A stretch of 28,038 bases of DNA from contig MCFH01000138.1 of NCBI GenBank assembly GCA_002104945.1, positions 1 to 28,038 on the forward strand, read 5' to 3'. The notes beneath the pieces were generated by a model. It saw only the letters and a program-made list of their open reading frames with translations, was not told the DNA's origin and did no database searches. Positions within the stretch are counted from its first letter, which is position 1, and each line of letters begins with the position of its first letter. Position numbers and translations under genes: made by a program. Positions 1 through 13,017 of this stretch are shown one piece after another. This DNA comes from Piromyces finnis finn. Taxonomy: Eukaryota > Fungi > Neocallimastigomycota.

Positions 1-987
1 TAAATAGCCAAAGTATACGAATTGAGTAGCTTCTCTTGCATTCTTTGCTGGCTTAGAAATATCAATGCCATAAGATTTAGCCATTTGAGTGAGTTGTTTG
101 AGTGCTTTGATTTGATCAGCAACTTCACCAATTAATTTCATGGTAGGTTCATCCATCAATTTCTTTTGCAATTCAACTCTATCCATTTCTTTTTGAGCAA
201 TAAGACGATCGGTACCGTAGAGTGCAACACGACGATAATCTCCAATAATACGACCACGACCATAACCATCTGGTAAACCTGTCATAATCGCATTAGAACG
301 ACCAGATCTCATCTCTTTAGAATAAAGATCAAAAACTGCTGTGTTGTGAGTTTTACGATAATCAGAAAAGATATGCTCAATATTTTCATCCATTGGTACG
401 TTAACAGCAGCAAGAGCATTCTTGACCATATTGACACCTCCAAATGGTTTGATGGCTCTTTTTAATGGTTCATCAGTTTGATAACCAACAATGACTTCAT
501 TTTCTTTATCGAGATAACCAGGTTTATGAGAAGTGATAGTTGAAGGAGTATGAGGATCAACATCATATAAGCCACCATTTTCACGTTCTTTAGCCAAATA
601 TTGTTCAGCCTTTGCAAAAAGTTTTTTAGTTTTTTCAGTTGGACCTTCAAGGAAGGTAGCATCACCTTCATAAGGTGTATAATGTTTTTTAATCCAACCT
701 TCAACATCAATTTCCGATTTCTTCATAGCATCATCGGCGATTTCAGATTCAACTTGAGTAGCATAAGATTTATTTTGAATAGAATTAAAGGTAGATGAAG
801 CAGTAGAAGCAGTGGTAGTAGTGGTAGTAGTCTTGAAACCCGAAATATTATTCATAACTGAGGTAGTATGAATGGCGCGAGAAGATTTAGGTAATTTAAT
901 ACCGGCAAACTTTGAAGCAGTAACAGCACTAACTGAAACTGATTTAGCAATAGTGTTACTTACTTGATTTAAAGTTAAACTTTCCAT
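1..987 (-). CDS. pfl: Pyruvate formate-lyase, copy 1 (5' 329 codons; runs off the window start)
   Basis: ATG at 987-985. Reads [10 protein letters not shown]...KSYATQ...[16 protein letters not shown]...[22 protein letters not shown]...QFVYFGYL. Frame is net conserved (M88 at 726-724; in-frame TTA at 3-1). Reverse complement of the first ~1 kb of copies 2 and 4. Confidence 0.93.
   Translation of the reverse strand, partial: MESLTLNQVSNTIAKSVSVSAVTASKFAGIKLPKSSRAIHTTSVMNNISGFKTTTTTTTASTASSTFNSIQNKSYATQVESEIADDAMKKSEIDVEGWIKKHYTPYEGDATFLEGPTEKTKKLFAKAEQYLAKERENGGLYDVDPHTPSTITSHKPGYLDKENEVIVGYQTDEPLKRAIKPFGGVNMVKNALAAVNVPMDENIEHIFSDYRKTHNTAVFDLYSKEMRSGRSNAIMTGLPDGYGRGRIIGDYRRVALYGTDRLIAQKEMDRVELQKKLMDEPTMKLIGEVADQIKALKQLTQMAKSYGIDISKPAKNAREATQFVYFGYL
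763..987 (-). other. Putative hydrogenosomal (mitochondrial-type) presequence of PFL, aa 1-75
   Basis: Ser/Thr/Ala/Lys-rich extension with only one acidic residue (E2), ending in K-S-Y|A-T-Q, ahead of the conserved PFL body. Contains a 7-Thr run. Similar extensions are known on Neocallimastigomycota PFL; the cleavage site is inferred. Confidence 0.6.
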
Positions 988-1089
988 TTTAATTATTTAT
1001 TTATATGTATTATGATTTATATTATGTATTTGTAAAAATTAAACTTATTTATTTGACTATTATTTAAATATTTAAATGTAATTATTAAT

Positions 1090-2285
1090 CTTTGATATAA
1101 AATCTAGTTTATTTTAAACTTGTATAATATGTTTTCTTTTCTTTGAATGATTACTATTCTATATGAATATTTTATTTTTTACAAATTAAAATTTGAACTT
1201 GGAAAATAATCTCATATTTATATTAAAAATTTATCATTAATACTATTATTATAATTATTATTATTAAAATTTTTTAAAGGAAAAATTTACTAAAACATTA
1301 ATAAAATAATTATAATATTGTAATATATTGTAATATATTATATAATTAAATTAATTTTAACATCGTGTAAAGATTCCTTTAAAATTTTTCTTTAAACTCT
1401 ATATTAATGAAAATGTACAAAAATCATTATGTTTAAATTAACATTATTGGTTAATGTAATTGATTTTTGTACATTTTGAATTTTAAAAATTTCGTATTCA
1501 ATTCCTAGTATTATAGTTTTTTGAAAATTATTAAAATATGCCTAAACTATTATAGAAGTTAATTTGTATATATCTCTTATAAAGAAAAATAATTGATAAA
1601 ATAGATTAAATAACAAAAAATATGAAATAACCGATATTCTTTTAGTAAAACAAAAAATATTGTTTTAATGTAATTTAATGTAATGAATTAACCTTTAAAA
1701 AATCTTATTATATAAAAAAGAATAATAGATGAATATACTATATATAATCTTTTAACAATCTTTCAATATATAAATATTTTATAGAAATAAATTTGATACT
1801 AAAAACTATTTTTTTTTATTTTTTTTATATTTGAAAAGTAAATAAATAATTTATATTTAATTTTTACTATAAAATATATATTAATAAATAAATTAAGACC
1901 TTTCTCTATAAAAATAGTTAAAAATCAGTTAGGAATTGATGAAGTTAATGCATCGAAAAAAGGAAAATGTTTTTAAACTTTCATCAGAAATTTATCCACA
2001 AAATTTTAAAACTTATGGATAAAAATGCGAAATTGAAATTTTTTTTATTCAATAATTATATTGTTAATTTATTTTAATATATACCAAAATAATTTAATAA
2101 TAAATTAAATATATTACTTATTTAATTAAAAAGCTATAAATATTCAAAAAAATGTCAATTTTTAAAAAATATCCAAAATATTTTATTTTACACAAGTATT
2201 TTAATAGCTTAAAAAAAAAAAAAAGAAGAAAGAATAATAATAATCAATTAAAGAATTAATTATTTTTATAAACAGATATAATAAA
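1090..2285. repeat. 1196-bp non-palindromic spacer between head-to-head PFL copies (inverted copy at 8011-9206)
   Basis: The arms share only ~100 bp upstream of the ATG (988-1089 vs 2286-2387). The sequence between them is unique, AT-rich and non-coding. Confidence 0.9.
1410..1477. repeat. Perfect 17-bp inverted repeat with 34-nt loop in the PFL upstream spacer (mirror at 8815-8882)
   Basis: aaaatgtacaaaaatca (1410-1426) / tgatttttgtacatttt (1461-1477). Confidence 0.85.
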
Positions 2286-2387
2286 ATTAATAATTACATT
2301 TAAATATTTAAATAATAGTCAAATAAATAAGTTTTTTTACAAATACATAATATAAATACATAATACATATAAATATAAATAATTAAA

Positions 2388-4840
2388 ATGGAAAGTTTAA
2401 CTTTAAATCAAGTAAGTAACACTATTGCTAAATCAGTTTCAGTTAGTGCTGTTACTGCTTCAAAGTTTGCCGGTATTAAATTACCTAAATCTTCTCGCGC
2501 CATTCATACTACCTCAGTTATGAATAATATTTCGGGTTTCAAGACTACTACCACTACTACCACTGCTTCTACTGCTTCATCTACCTTAATTCTATTCAAA
2601 ATAAATCTTATGCTACTCAAGTTGAATCTGAAATCGCCGATGATGCTATGAAGAAATCGGAAATTGATGTTGAAGGTTGGATTAAAAAACATTATACACC
2701 TTATGAAGGTGATGCTACCTTCCTTGAAGGTCCAACTGAAAAAACTAAAAAACTTTTTGCAAAGGCTGAACAATATTTGGCTAAAGAACGTGAAAATGGT
2801 GGCTTATATGATTTGATCCTCATACTCCTTCAACTATCACTTCTCATAAACCTGGTTATCTCGATAAAGAAAATGAAGTCATTGTTGGTTATCAAACTGA
2901 TGAACCATTAAAAAGAGCCATCAAACCATTTGAGGTGTCAATATGGTCAAGAATGCTTTGCTGCTGTTAACGTACCAATGGATGAAAATATTGAGCATAT
3001 CTTTTCTGATTATCGTAAAACTCACAACACAGCAGTTTTTGATCTTTATTCTAAAGAGATGAGATCTGGTCGTTCTAATGCGATTATGACAGGTTTACCA
3101 GATGGTTATGGTCGTGGTCGTATTATTGGAGATTATCGTCGTGTTGCACTCTACGGTACCGATCGTCTTATTGCTCAAAAAGAAATGGATAGAGTTGAAT
3201 TGCAAAAGAAATTGATGGATGAACCTACCATGAAATTAATTGGTGAAGTTGCTGATCAAATCAAAGCACTCAAACAACTCACTCAAATGGCTAAATCTTA
3301 TGGCATTGATATTTCTAAGCCAGCAAAGAATGCAAGAGAAGCTACTCAATTCGTATACTTTGGCTATTTAGGTTCAATTAAAGAACAAGATGGGGCAGCC
3401 ATGTCACTTGGTCGTGTTGATGCTTTCCTTGATTGTTTCTTCGAAAACGATTTAAAGAAAGGAATCATCAATGAAGCTGAAGCTCAAGAAATCATTGATA
3501 ATCTCATTTTAAAATTAAGATTTGCTCGTCATCTACGTACTCCGGAATACAATGATTTATTTGCAGGAGATCCAACATGGGTTACCATGTCACTTGGTGG
3601 TATGGGAAGAGATGGTCGTCCATTAGTAACAAAAACTTCCTATCGTGTTCTTAATACACTTTACAATTTAGGACCAGCACCAGAACCAAACATCACTGTT
3701 CTTTGGAACAAGGCACTTCCAAAGAATTTCAAGGACTTTGCTACTAAAGTTTCTATCGATACCTCATCCATTCAATATGAATCGGATGCTCTTATGTCAG
3801 CTAGATTCGGAGATGATTATGGAATTGCATGTTGTGTTTCAGCCATGAGAATTGGAAAGGATTGCAATTCTTTGGAGCTCGTTGTAATCTTGCAAAGCTT
3901 ATTGCTCTACGTTCTTAATCATGGAAAGGATGAAAGAACAGGAAAACAAGTTGGACCAGATTTTGGACCAGTTCCAGAAGGACCAATTCCATTTGAATGG
4001 ATGTGGGAAACCTATGACAAAGCCATGGATTGGATTGCAAATCTTTATGTTAACACCATGAATGTTATTCACTTCAGTCACGATCAATATTGTTATGAAT
4101 CACTTCAAATGGCACTTCATGACACGGATGTTCGTCGTCTTATGGCATTTGGTGTTGCTGGACTTTCAGTTGTTGCTGATTCATTCTCAGCCATCAAATA
4201 TGGTAAGGTTACACCAATTCGTGATGCAAAGACCGGATTAACCGTTGATTTCAAGATTGAAGGAGATTTCCCAAAATTCGGTAACGATGATGATCGTGTG
4301 ATTACTTTGCTAAAACAGTCACGGATAAACTTATTACTAAACTCAGAAAGATTCCAACTTATCGTGGAGCTGAGCACACACTTTCAATTCTTACAATTAC
4401 TTCAATGTGTATATGGTAAGAAAACAGGATCCACACCGGATGGACGTAAAGCAGAGAAGCATTTGCACCAGGATGTAATCCAATGCATGGTCGTGAATTT
4501 TCAGGTGCTATTTCTTCACTTTCATCGGTTGCTAAAGTTAATTATGATTCATGTATGGATGGTATTTCAAATACTTTTCCATTGTTCCAAATACCATTGG
4601 TAAATCATTAAAAGAACGACAAGGTAATCTTTCCGGATTATTAGACGGATACTTCACCAAGGGGCCCATCATCTCAATGTTAATGTTCTTAAGCGAGAAA
4701 CATTAGAAGATGCTATGGCTCATCCAGAAAACTATCCAAACCTAACTATTCGAGTATCTGGATATGCTGTCAACTTTGTTAAATTAACACCACAACAACA
4801 AAAAGAAGTTATTGCACGTACATTCCATGAAAAGATGTAA
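2388..4840 (+). CDS. pfl: Pyruvate formate-lyase, copy 2 (full length, ~815-820 aa; broken by indels as sequenced)
   Basis: ATG 2388 to TAA 4838-4840. Active-site IACCVS (TGT TGT at 3830-3835) and glycyl-radical motif TIRVSGYAV (Gly codon 4760-4762); C-terminus ARTFHEKM. The ORF track shows it split across frames. Confidence 0.92.
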
Positions 4841-5445
4841 AAAGAAAAATTGATTTTTTTTTTTTAACACGTTTAATTCACATCCCTATATTAACATATT
4901 AAAAAATAACCTAATTTAAGTAGTATCATAATTTAATATCATAATTTAATATAATGTCATTATTTAAATATTATTATAATTTAGTTACTTTATTATTATT
5001 AAAATTCATAAATCTAATACATTCAGTTACATTATTATACCATATTACTATATCCTATCATATATTATTTATTAAATAATTTATTAAAGTTATAAAAGTT
5101 CTTAATTCTAAAAATAAATAATTATTTATAAATTGTAATTTATGCCTTCCCAATTTTGTTTTCTTATTTTAGAATCAAGAACTTTTTATAACTTTAATAA
5201 ATTTTTAATAAAATAATAATATGATAGGATATAGTAATAATGGTATAATAAATGTAACTGAATGTATTAGATTTCTATGAATTTTTAATAATAATAAGTA
5301 ACTAAATTATAATAATATAAATAATGACATTATATTAAATTATGATATTAAATTATGATACTACTTAAATTAGGTTATTTTTTTAATATGTTAATATAGG
5401 GATGTGAATTAAACGTGTTAAAAAAAAAAAATCAATTTTTTCTTT

Positions 5446-7904
5446 TTACATCTTTTCATGGAATGTACGTGCAATAACTTCTTTTTGTTGTTGTGGTGTT
5501 AATTTAACAAAGTTGACAGCATATCCAGATACTCGAATAGTTAGGTTTGGATAGTTTTCTGGATGAGCCATAGCATCTTCTAATGTTTCTCGCTTAAGAA
5601 CATTAACATTGAGATGATGGGCCCCTTGGTGAAGTATCCGTCTAATAATCCGGAAAGATTACCTTGTCGTTCTTTTAATGATTTACCAATGGTATTTGGA
5701 ACAATGGAAAATGTATTTGAAATACCATCCATACATGAATCATAATTAACTTTAGCAACCGATGAAAGTGAAGAAATAGCACCTGAAAATTCACGACCAT
5801 GCATTGGATTACATCCTGGTGCAAATGCTTCTCCTGCTTTACGTCCATCCGGTGTGGATCCTGTTTTCTTACCATATACAACATTGGAAGTAATTGTAAG
5901 AATTGAAAGTGTGTGCTCAGCTCCACGATAAGTTGGAATCTTTCTGAGTTTAGTAATAAGTTTATCCGTGACTGTTTTAGCAAAGTAATCAACACGATCA
6001 TCATCGTTACCGAATTTTGGGAAATCTCCTTCAATCTTGAAATCAACGGTTAATCCGGTCTTTGCATCACGAATTGGTGTAACCTTACCATATTTGATGG
6101 CTGAGAATGAATCAGCAACAACTGAAAGTCCAGCAACACCAAATGCCATAAGACGACGAACATCCGTGTCATGAAGTGCCATTTGAAGTGATTCATAACA
6201 ATATTGATCGTGACTGAAGTGAATAACATTCATGGTGTTAACATAAAGATTTGCAATCCAATCCATGGCTTTGTCATAGGTTTCCCACATCCATTCAAAT
6301 GGAATTGGTCCTTCTGGAACTGGTCCAAAATCTGGCCAACTTGTTTTCCTGTTCTTTCATCCTTTCCATGATTAAGAACGTAGAGCATAAGCTTTGCAAG
6401 ATTACAACGAGCTCCAAAGAATTGCATATCCTTTCCAATTCTCATGGCTGAAACACAACATGCAATTCCTAATCATCTCCGAATCTAGCTGACATAAGAG
6501 CATCCGATTCATATTGAATGGATGAGGTATCGATAGAAACTTTAGTAGCAAAGTCCTTGAAATTCTTTGGAAGTGCCTTGTTCCAAAGAACAGTGATGTT
6601 TGGTTCTGGTGCTGGTCCTAAATTGTAAAGTGTATTAAGAACACGATAGGAAGTTTTTGTTACTAATGGACGACCATCTCTTCCCATACCACCAAGTGAC
6701 ATGGTAACCCATGTTGGATCTCCTGCAAATAAATCATTGTATTCCGGAGTACGTAGATGACGAGCAAATCTTAATTTTAAAATGAGATTATCAATGATTT
6801 CTTGAGCTTCAGCTTCATTGATGATTCCTTTCTTTAAATCGTTTTCGAAGAAACAATCAAGGAAAGCATCAACACGACCAAGTGACATGGCTGCCCCATC
6901 TTGTTCTTTAATTGAACCTAAATAGCCAAAGTATACGAATTGAGTAGCTTCTCTTGCATTCTTTGCTGGCTTAGAAATATCAATGCCATAAGATTTAGCC
7001 ATTTGAGTGAGTTGTTTGAGTGCTTTGATTTGATCAGCAACTTCACCAATTAATTTCATGGTAGGTTCATCCATCAATTTCTTTTGCAATTCAACTCTAT
7101 CCATTTCTTTTTGAGCAATAAGACGATCGGTACCGTAGAGTGCAACACGACGATAATCTCCAATAATACGACCACGACCATAACCATCTGGTAAACCTGT
7201 CATAATCGCATTAGAACGACCAGATCTCATCTCTTTAGAATAAAGATCAAAAACTGCTGGTTGTGAGTTTTACGATATCAGAAAAGATATGCTCAATATT
7301 TTCATCCATTGGTACGTTAACAGCAGCAAGAGCATTCTTGACCATATTGACACCTCCAAATGGTTTGATGGCTCTTTTTAATGGTTCATCAGTTTGATAA
7401 CCAACAATGACTTCATTTTCTTTATCGAGATAACCAGGTTTATGAGAAGTGATAGTTGAAGGAGTATGAGGATCAACATCATATAAGCCACCATTTTCAC
7501 GTTCTTTAGCCAAATATTGTTCAGCCTTTGCAAAAAGTTTTTTAGTTTTTTCAGTTGGACCTTCAAGGAAGGTAGCATCACCTTCATAAGGTGTATAATG
7601 TTTTTTAATCCAACCTTCAACATCAATTTCCGATTTCTTCATAGCATCATCGGCGATTTCAGATTCAACTTGAGTAGCATAAGATTTATTTTGAATAGAA
7701 TTAAAGGTAGATGAAGCAGTAGAAGCAGTGGTAGTAGTGGTAGTAGTCTTGAAAACCCGAAATATTATTCATAACTGAGGTAAGTATGAATGGCGCGAGA
7801 AGATTTAGGTAATTTAATACCGGCAAACTTTGAAGCAGTAACAGCACTAACTGAAACTGATTTAGCAATAGTGTTACTACTTGATTTAAAGTTAAACTTT
7901 CCAT
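5446..7904 (-). CDS. pfl: Pyruvate formate-lyase, copy 3 (full length; indel-broken as sequenced)
   Basis: Reverse complement of copy 2. ORF fragments 7247-7642, 6469-7230, 6230-6445 and 5580-6290 tile the protein. Stop at 5448-5446. Confidence 0.92.
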
Positions 7905-9311
7905 TTTTAATTATTTATATTTATATGTATTATGTATTTATATTATGTATTTGTAAAAATTAAACTTATTTATTTGACTATTATTTAAATATTTAAATGT
8001 AATTATTAATTTTTATTATATCTGTTTATAAAAAATAATTAATTCTTTAATTGATTATTATTATTCTTTCTTTCTTTTTTTTTTTTTCTTAAGCTATTAA
8101 AAATACTTGTGTAAAATAAATATTTGGATATTTTTTAAAAAATTGACATTTTTTATTAATATTTATAGCTTTTTAATTAAAAAGAATATATTATAATTTA
8201 TTATTAAATATTTTGGTATATATTAAAATAAATTAACAATATAATTATTGATAAAAAAATTTATTTCGACATTTTTATCCATAAGTTTTAAAATTTTGTG
8301 GATAAATTTCTGATGAAATTTAAAAACATTTTCCTTTTTTTCGATGCATTAACTTCATCAATTCCTAACTGATTTTTAACTATTTTTATAGAGAAAGGTC
8401 TTAATTATTTTTTATATATAGTAAAAATAATAAAATAAAATATTTAACTTTCAAATTATAAAAAAAAAATAAAAAAAAAATAGTTTTTAGTATCAAATTT
8501 ATTTCTATAAAAATATTTATATATTGAAAGATTGTTAAAAGATTATATATAGTATATTCATCTATTATTCTTTTTTATATATAAGATTTTTTTAAAGGTT
8601 AATTCATTACATTAAATTACATTAAAACAATATTTTTTCGTTTTACTAAAAGAATATCGGTTATTTCATATTTTTTGTTATTTAATCTATTTTATCAATT
8701 ATTTTCTTTATAAGAGATATATACAAATTAACTTCTATAATATTTAGGCATATTTTAATAATTTTCAAAAAACTATTAATACTAGGAATTGAATACGAAA
8801 TTTTTAAAAATTCCAAAATGTACAAAAATCAATTACATTAACCAATAATGTTAATTTAAACATAATGATTTTTGTACATTTTCATTAATATAGAGTTTAA
8901 AGAAAAAGTTTTAAGGAATCTTTACACGATGATTAAAATTAATTTAATTATATAATATATTACAATATATTACAATATTATAATTATTTTATTAATGTTT
9001 TAGTAAATTTTCCTTTAAAAAATTTTTAAATAATAATAATAATAATAATAGTATTAATGATAAATTTTTAATATAAATATGAGATTATTTTTCCAAGTTC
9101 AAATTTTATAATTTGTAAAAAATAAAATATTCATATAGAAATAAATCATTCAAAGAAAAGAAAACATATTATACAAGTTTAAAATAAACTAGATTTTATA
9201 TCAAAGATTAATAATTACATTTAAATATTTAAATAATAGTCAAATAAATAAGTTTAATTTTTACAAATACATAATATAAATACATAATACATATAAATAT
9301 AAATAATTAAA

Positions 9312-11770
9312 ATGGAAAGTTTAACTTTAAATCAAGTAAGTAACACTATTGCTAAATCAGTTTCAGTTAGTGCTGTTACTGCTTCAAAGTTTTGCCGGTA
9401 TTAAATTACCTAAATCTTCTCGCGCCATTCATACTACCTCAGTTATGAATAATATTTCGGGTTTCAAGACTACTACCACTACTACCACTGCTTCTACTGC
9501 TTCATCTACCTTTATTCTATTCAAAATAAATCTTATGCTACTCAAGTTGAATCTGAAATCGCCGATGATGCTATGAAGAAATCGGAAATTGATGTTGAAG
9601 GTTGGATTAAAAAACATTATACACCTTATGAAGGTGATGCTACCTTCCTTGAAGGTCCAACTGAAAAAACTAAAAAACTTTTTGCAAAGGCTGAACAATA
9701 TTTGGCTAAAGAACGTGAAAATGGTGGCTTATATGATGTTGATACCTCATACTCCTTCAACTATCACTTCTCATAAACCTGGTTATCTCGATAAAGAAAA
9801 TGAAGTCATTGTTGGTTATCAAACTGATGAACCATTAAAAAGAGCCATCAAACCATTTGGAGGTGTCAATATGGTCAAGAATGCTCTTGCTGCTGTTAAC
9901 GTACCAATGGATGAAAATATTGAGCATATCTTTTCTGATTATCGTAAAACTCACAACACAGCAGTTTTTGATCTTTATTCTAAAGAGATGAGATCGGTCG
10001 TTCTAATGCGATTATGACAGGTTTACCAGATGGTTATGGTCGTGGTCGTATTATTGGAGATTATCGTCGTGTTGCACTCTACGGTACCGATCGTCTTATT
10101 GCTCAAAAAGAAATGGATAGAGTTGAATTGCAAAAGAAATTGATGGATGAACCTACCATGAAATTAATTGGTGAAGTTGCTGATCAAATCAAAGCACTCA
10201 AACAACTCACTCAAATGGCTAAATCTTATGGCATTGATATTTCTAAGCCAGCAAAGAATGCAAGAAAGCTACTCAATTCGTATACTTTGGCTATTTAGGT
10301 TCAATTAAAGGACAAGATGGGGCAGCCATGTCACTTGGTCGTGTTGATGCTTCCTTGATTGTTTCTTCGAAAACGATTTAAAAGAAAGGAATCATCAATG
10401 AAGCTGAAAGCTCAAGAAATCATTGATAATCTCATTTTAAAATTAAGATTTGCTCGTCATCTACGTACTCCGGAATACAATGATTTATTTGCAGGAGATC
10501 CAACATGGGTTACCATGTCACTTGGTGGTATGGGAAGAGATGGTCGTCATTAGTAACAAAAACTTCCTATCGCGTTCTTAATACACTTTACAATTTAGGA
10601 CCAGCACCAGAACCAAACATCACTGTTCTTTGGAACAAGGCACTTCCAAAGAATTTCAAGGACTTTGCTACTAAAGTTTCTATCGATACCTCATCCATTC
10701 AATATGAATCGATGCTCTTATGTCAGCTAGATTCGGAGATGATTATGGAATTGGCATGTTGTGTTTCAGCCATGAGAATTGGAAAGGATATGCAATTCTT
10801 TGGAGCTCGTTGTAATCTTGCAAAGCTTATGCTCTACGTTCTTAATCATGGAAAGGATGAAAGAACAGGAAAACAAGTTGGACCAGATTTTGGACCAGTT
10901 CCAGAAGGACCAATTCCATTTGAATGGATGTGGGAAACCTATGACAAAGCCATGGATTGGATTGCAAATCTTTATGTTAACACCATGAATGTTATTCACT
11001 TCAGTCACGATCAATATTGTTATGAATCACTTCAAATGGCACTTCATGACACGGATGTTCGTCGTCTTATGGCATTTGGTGTTGCTGGACTTTCAGTTGT
11101 TGCTGATTCATTCTCAGCCATCAAATATGGTAAGGTTACACCAATTCGTGATGCAAAGACCGGATTAACCGTTGATTTCAAGATTGAAGGAGATTTCCCA
11201 AAATTCGGTAACGATGATGATCGTGTTGATTACTTGCTAAAACAGTCACGGATAAACTTATTACTAAACTCAGAAAGATTCCAACTTATCGTGGAGCTGA
11301 GCACACACTTTCAATTCTTACAATTACTTCCAATGTTGTATATGGTAAGAAAACAGGATCCACACCGGATGGACGTAAAGCAGGAGAAGCATTTGCACCA
11401 GGATGTAATCCAATGCATGGTCGTGAATTTCAGGTGCTATTTCTTCACTTTCATCGGTTGCTAAAGTTAATTATGATTCATGTATGGATGGTATTTCAAA
11501 TACATTTTCCATTGTTCCAAATACCATTGGTAAATCATTAAAAGAACGACAAGGTAATCTTTCCGGATTATTAGACGGATACTTCACCAAGGGGGCCATC
11601 ATCTCAATGTTAATGTTCTTAAGCGAGAAACATTAGAAGATGCTATGGCTCATCCAGAAACTATCCAAACCCTAACTATTCGAGTATCTGGATATGCTGT
11701 CAACTTTGTTAAATTAACACCACAACAACAAAAGAAGTTATTGCACGTACATTCCATGAAAAAGATGTAA
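9312..11770 (+). CDS. pfl: Pyruvate formate-lyase, copy 4 (full length; indel-broken as sequenced)
   Basis: ATG 9312, TAA 11768-11770. Same sequence as copies 2 and 3 apart from private indels and transitions. The only copy whose 3' flank continues into unique sequence. Confidence 0.92.
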
Positions 11771-12040
11771 AAAAGAAAAAATTGATTTTTTTTTTTTTAA
11801 CACGTTTAATTCACATCCCTATATTAACATATTAAAAAATAACCTAATTTAAGTAGTATCATAATTTAATATCATAATTTAATATAATGTCATTATTAAA
11901 TATTATTAATTTAGTTACTTTATTATTATTAAAAATTCATAGAAATCTAATACATCAGTTACATTTATTATACCATTATTACTATATCCTATCATATTAT
12001 TATTTTATTAAATAATTTATTAAAGTTATAAAAAAGTTCT

Positions 12041-12107
12041 TAATTCTAAAATAAGAAAACAAAATTGGGAAGGCAAAATACAATTTAAATTATATATTTT
12101 AGAATTA
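12041..12107. repeat. 13-bp inverted repeat ~270 bp downstream of the PFL stop; matches the centre of the 1-10297 palindrome
   Basis: taattctaaaata (12041-12053) / tattttagaatta (12095-12107). The loop agaaaacaaaattgggaaggc... appears reverse-complemented at 5118-5163. Confidence 0.85.
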
Positions 12108-13017
12108 GATTTTTTAAAATTATAGATTATTTTATTATCTATTATTTATATTATTTATATTGTTATTGCTATTCTAATACGAAATAGTCTTTTTTTTTAT
12201 TACTATTCTATTATTCTAAATTCATAATGTAAATACTTGTTAAAAGTATAAATAATAAAAAAAAAATTATAATTTCAAATATAAAATAAATATTTAATTG
12301 TTTAATGATAAAGAAAATATAAAAATGTAAAAATGAATGGTTATAATATAATATTATTTTTTATAAGATAAAATAATTTAAGATTGATTAATAGGAATAC
12401 TAAATAATCGCAATATATTTAAAATAAATATTTTACTGTATATATATTTTTTGCTTATAGAATGTCTCTTTCATTTATTAATATAATATATATTTTATTT
12501 ACTATAAAAATACACCTATGTCTAATCAAATATAAATAATTTTTAAATAGGAATAAAGTGTTATATTCTATATTCATTATAAAATTAATTATAATATATA
12601 TTATTTAATATTTTATATTTCATATTTATTTTCAAATTTTTTATCATTTAAATAAAAAAGTTGAAAATTTGTTTGGCCTTTAAAATATTTTTATATCTAT
12701 ATAGTATTTAAATGAAAATTACAAATATTAAAGCTATAACAAACACAAAATAGTATTGCCAAATAATGAAAATGAAATAAAAAATAATTATTTATTACAT
12801 ATTTGAAAGCTTTATTTTATGAAAATTGAAAATTAAAAATATATATTTTAATATTTCATTTTTTATACATATTTCATATTGCACTTATATTATGTATTTA
12901 TACTTAATTTTTTTTAAATTTATATATCATTAAAAGTCAAAAATTATTTTTTACTTTTATGTATTCTATTTACATTGAAATTTTGATTTTTTAACTACTT
13001 TATATTTATATGATAGA

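Larger units (their letters stand above)
1..10297. repeat. Giant palindrome: ~5.1-kb arms (1-5117 and 5164-10297), ~46-nt loop
   Basis: Position 1 (taaatagcc) mirrors 10297 (ggctattta). The unique 1090-2285 spacer reappears reverse-complemented at 8011-9206. The left arm is truncated by the window. Confidence 0.95.

Noticed and set aside
462-798. Short alternative-frame and antisense ORFs over PFL, the xylanase and the CBM29-like gene (e.g. 462-710, 601-798, 16911-17237, 17347-17670, 26278-26643, 26718-27086)
   Set aside because: Shadow ORFs of real CDS. They recur only because the underlying gene is repeated.
2388-4840. Bacterial origin of the DNA because PFL and GH11 are bacterial-like
   Set aside because: The presequence, fungal CBM1, poly-Asn linker, AAAATG start context and long, extremely AT-rich intergenic regions fit a gut fungus. 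The bacterial ancestry of these genes in this lineage is already known.
2388-11770. PFL copies as pseudogenes or programmed-frameshift genes
   Set aside because: Frameshift positions differ between copies, fall mostly in short homopolymers, and the copies complement each other to an intact ORF. This is typical of long-read error.
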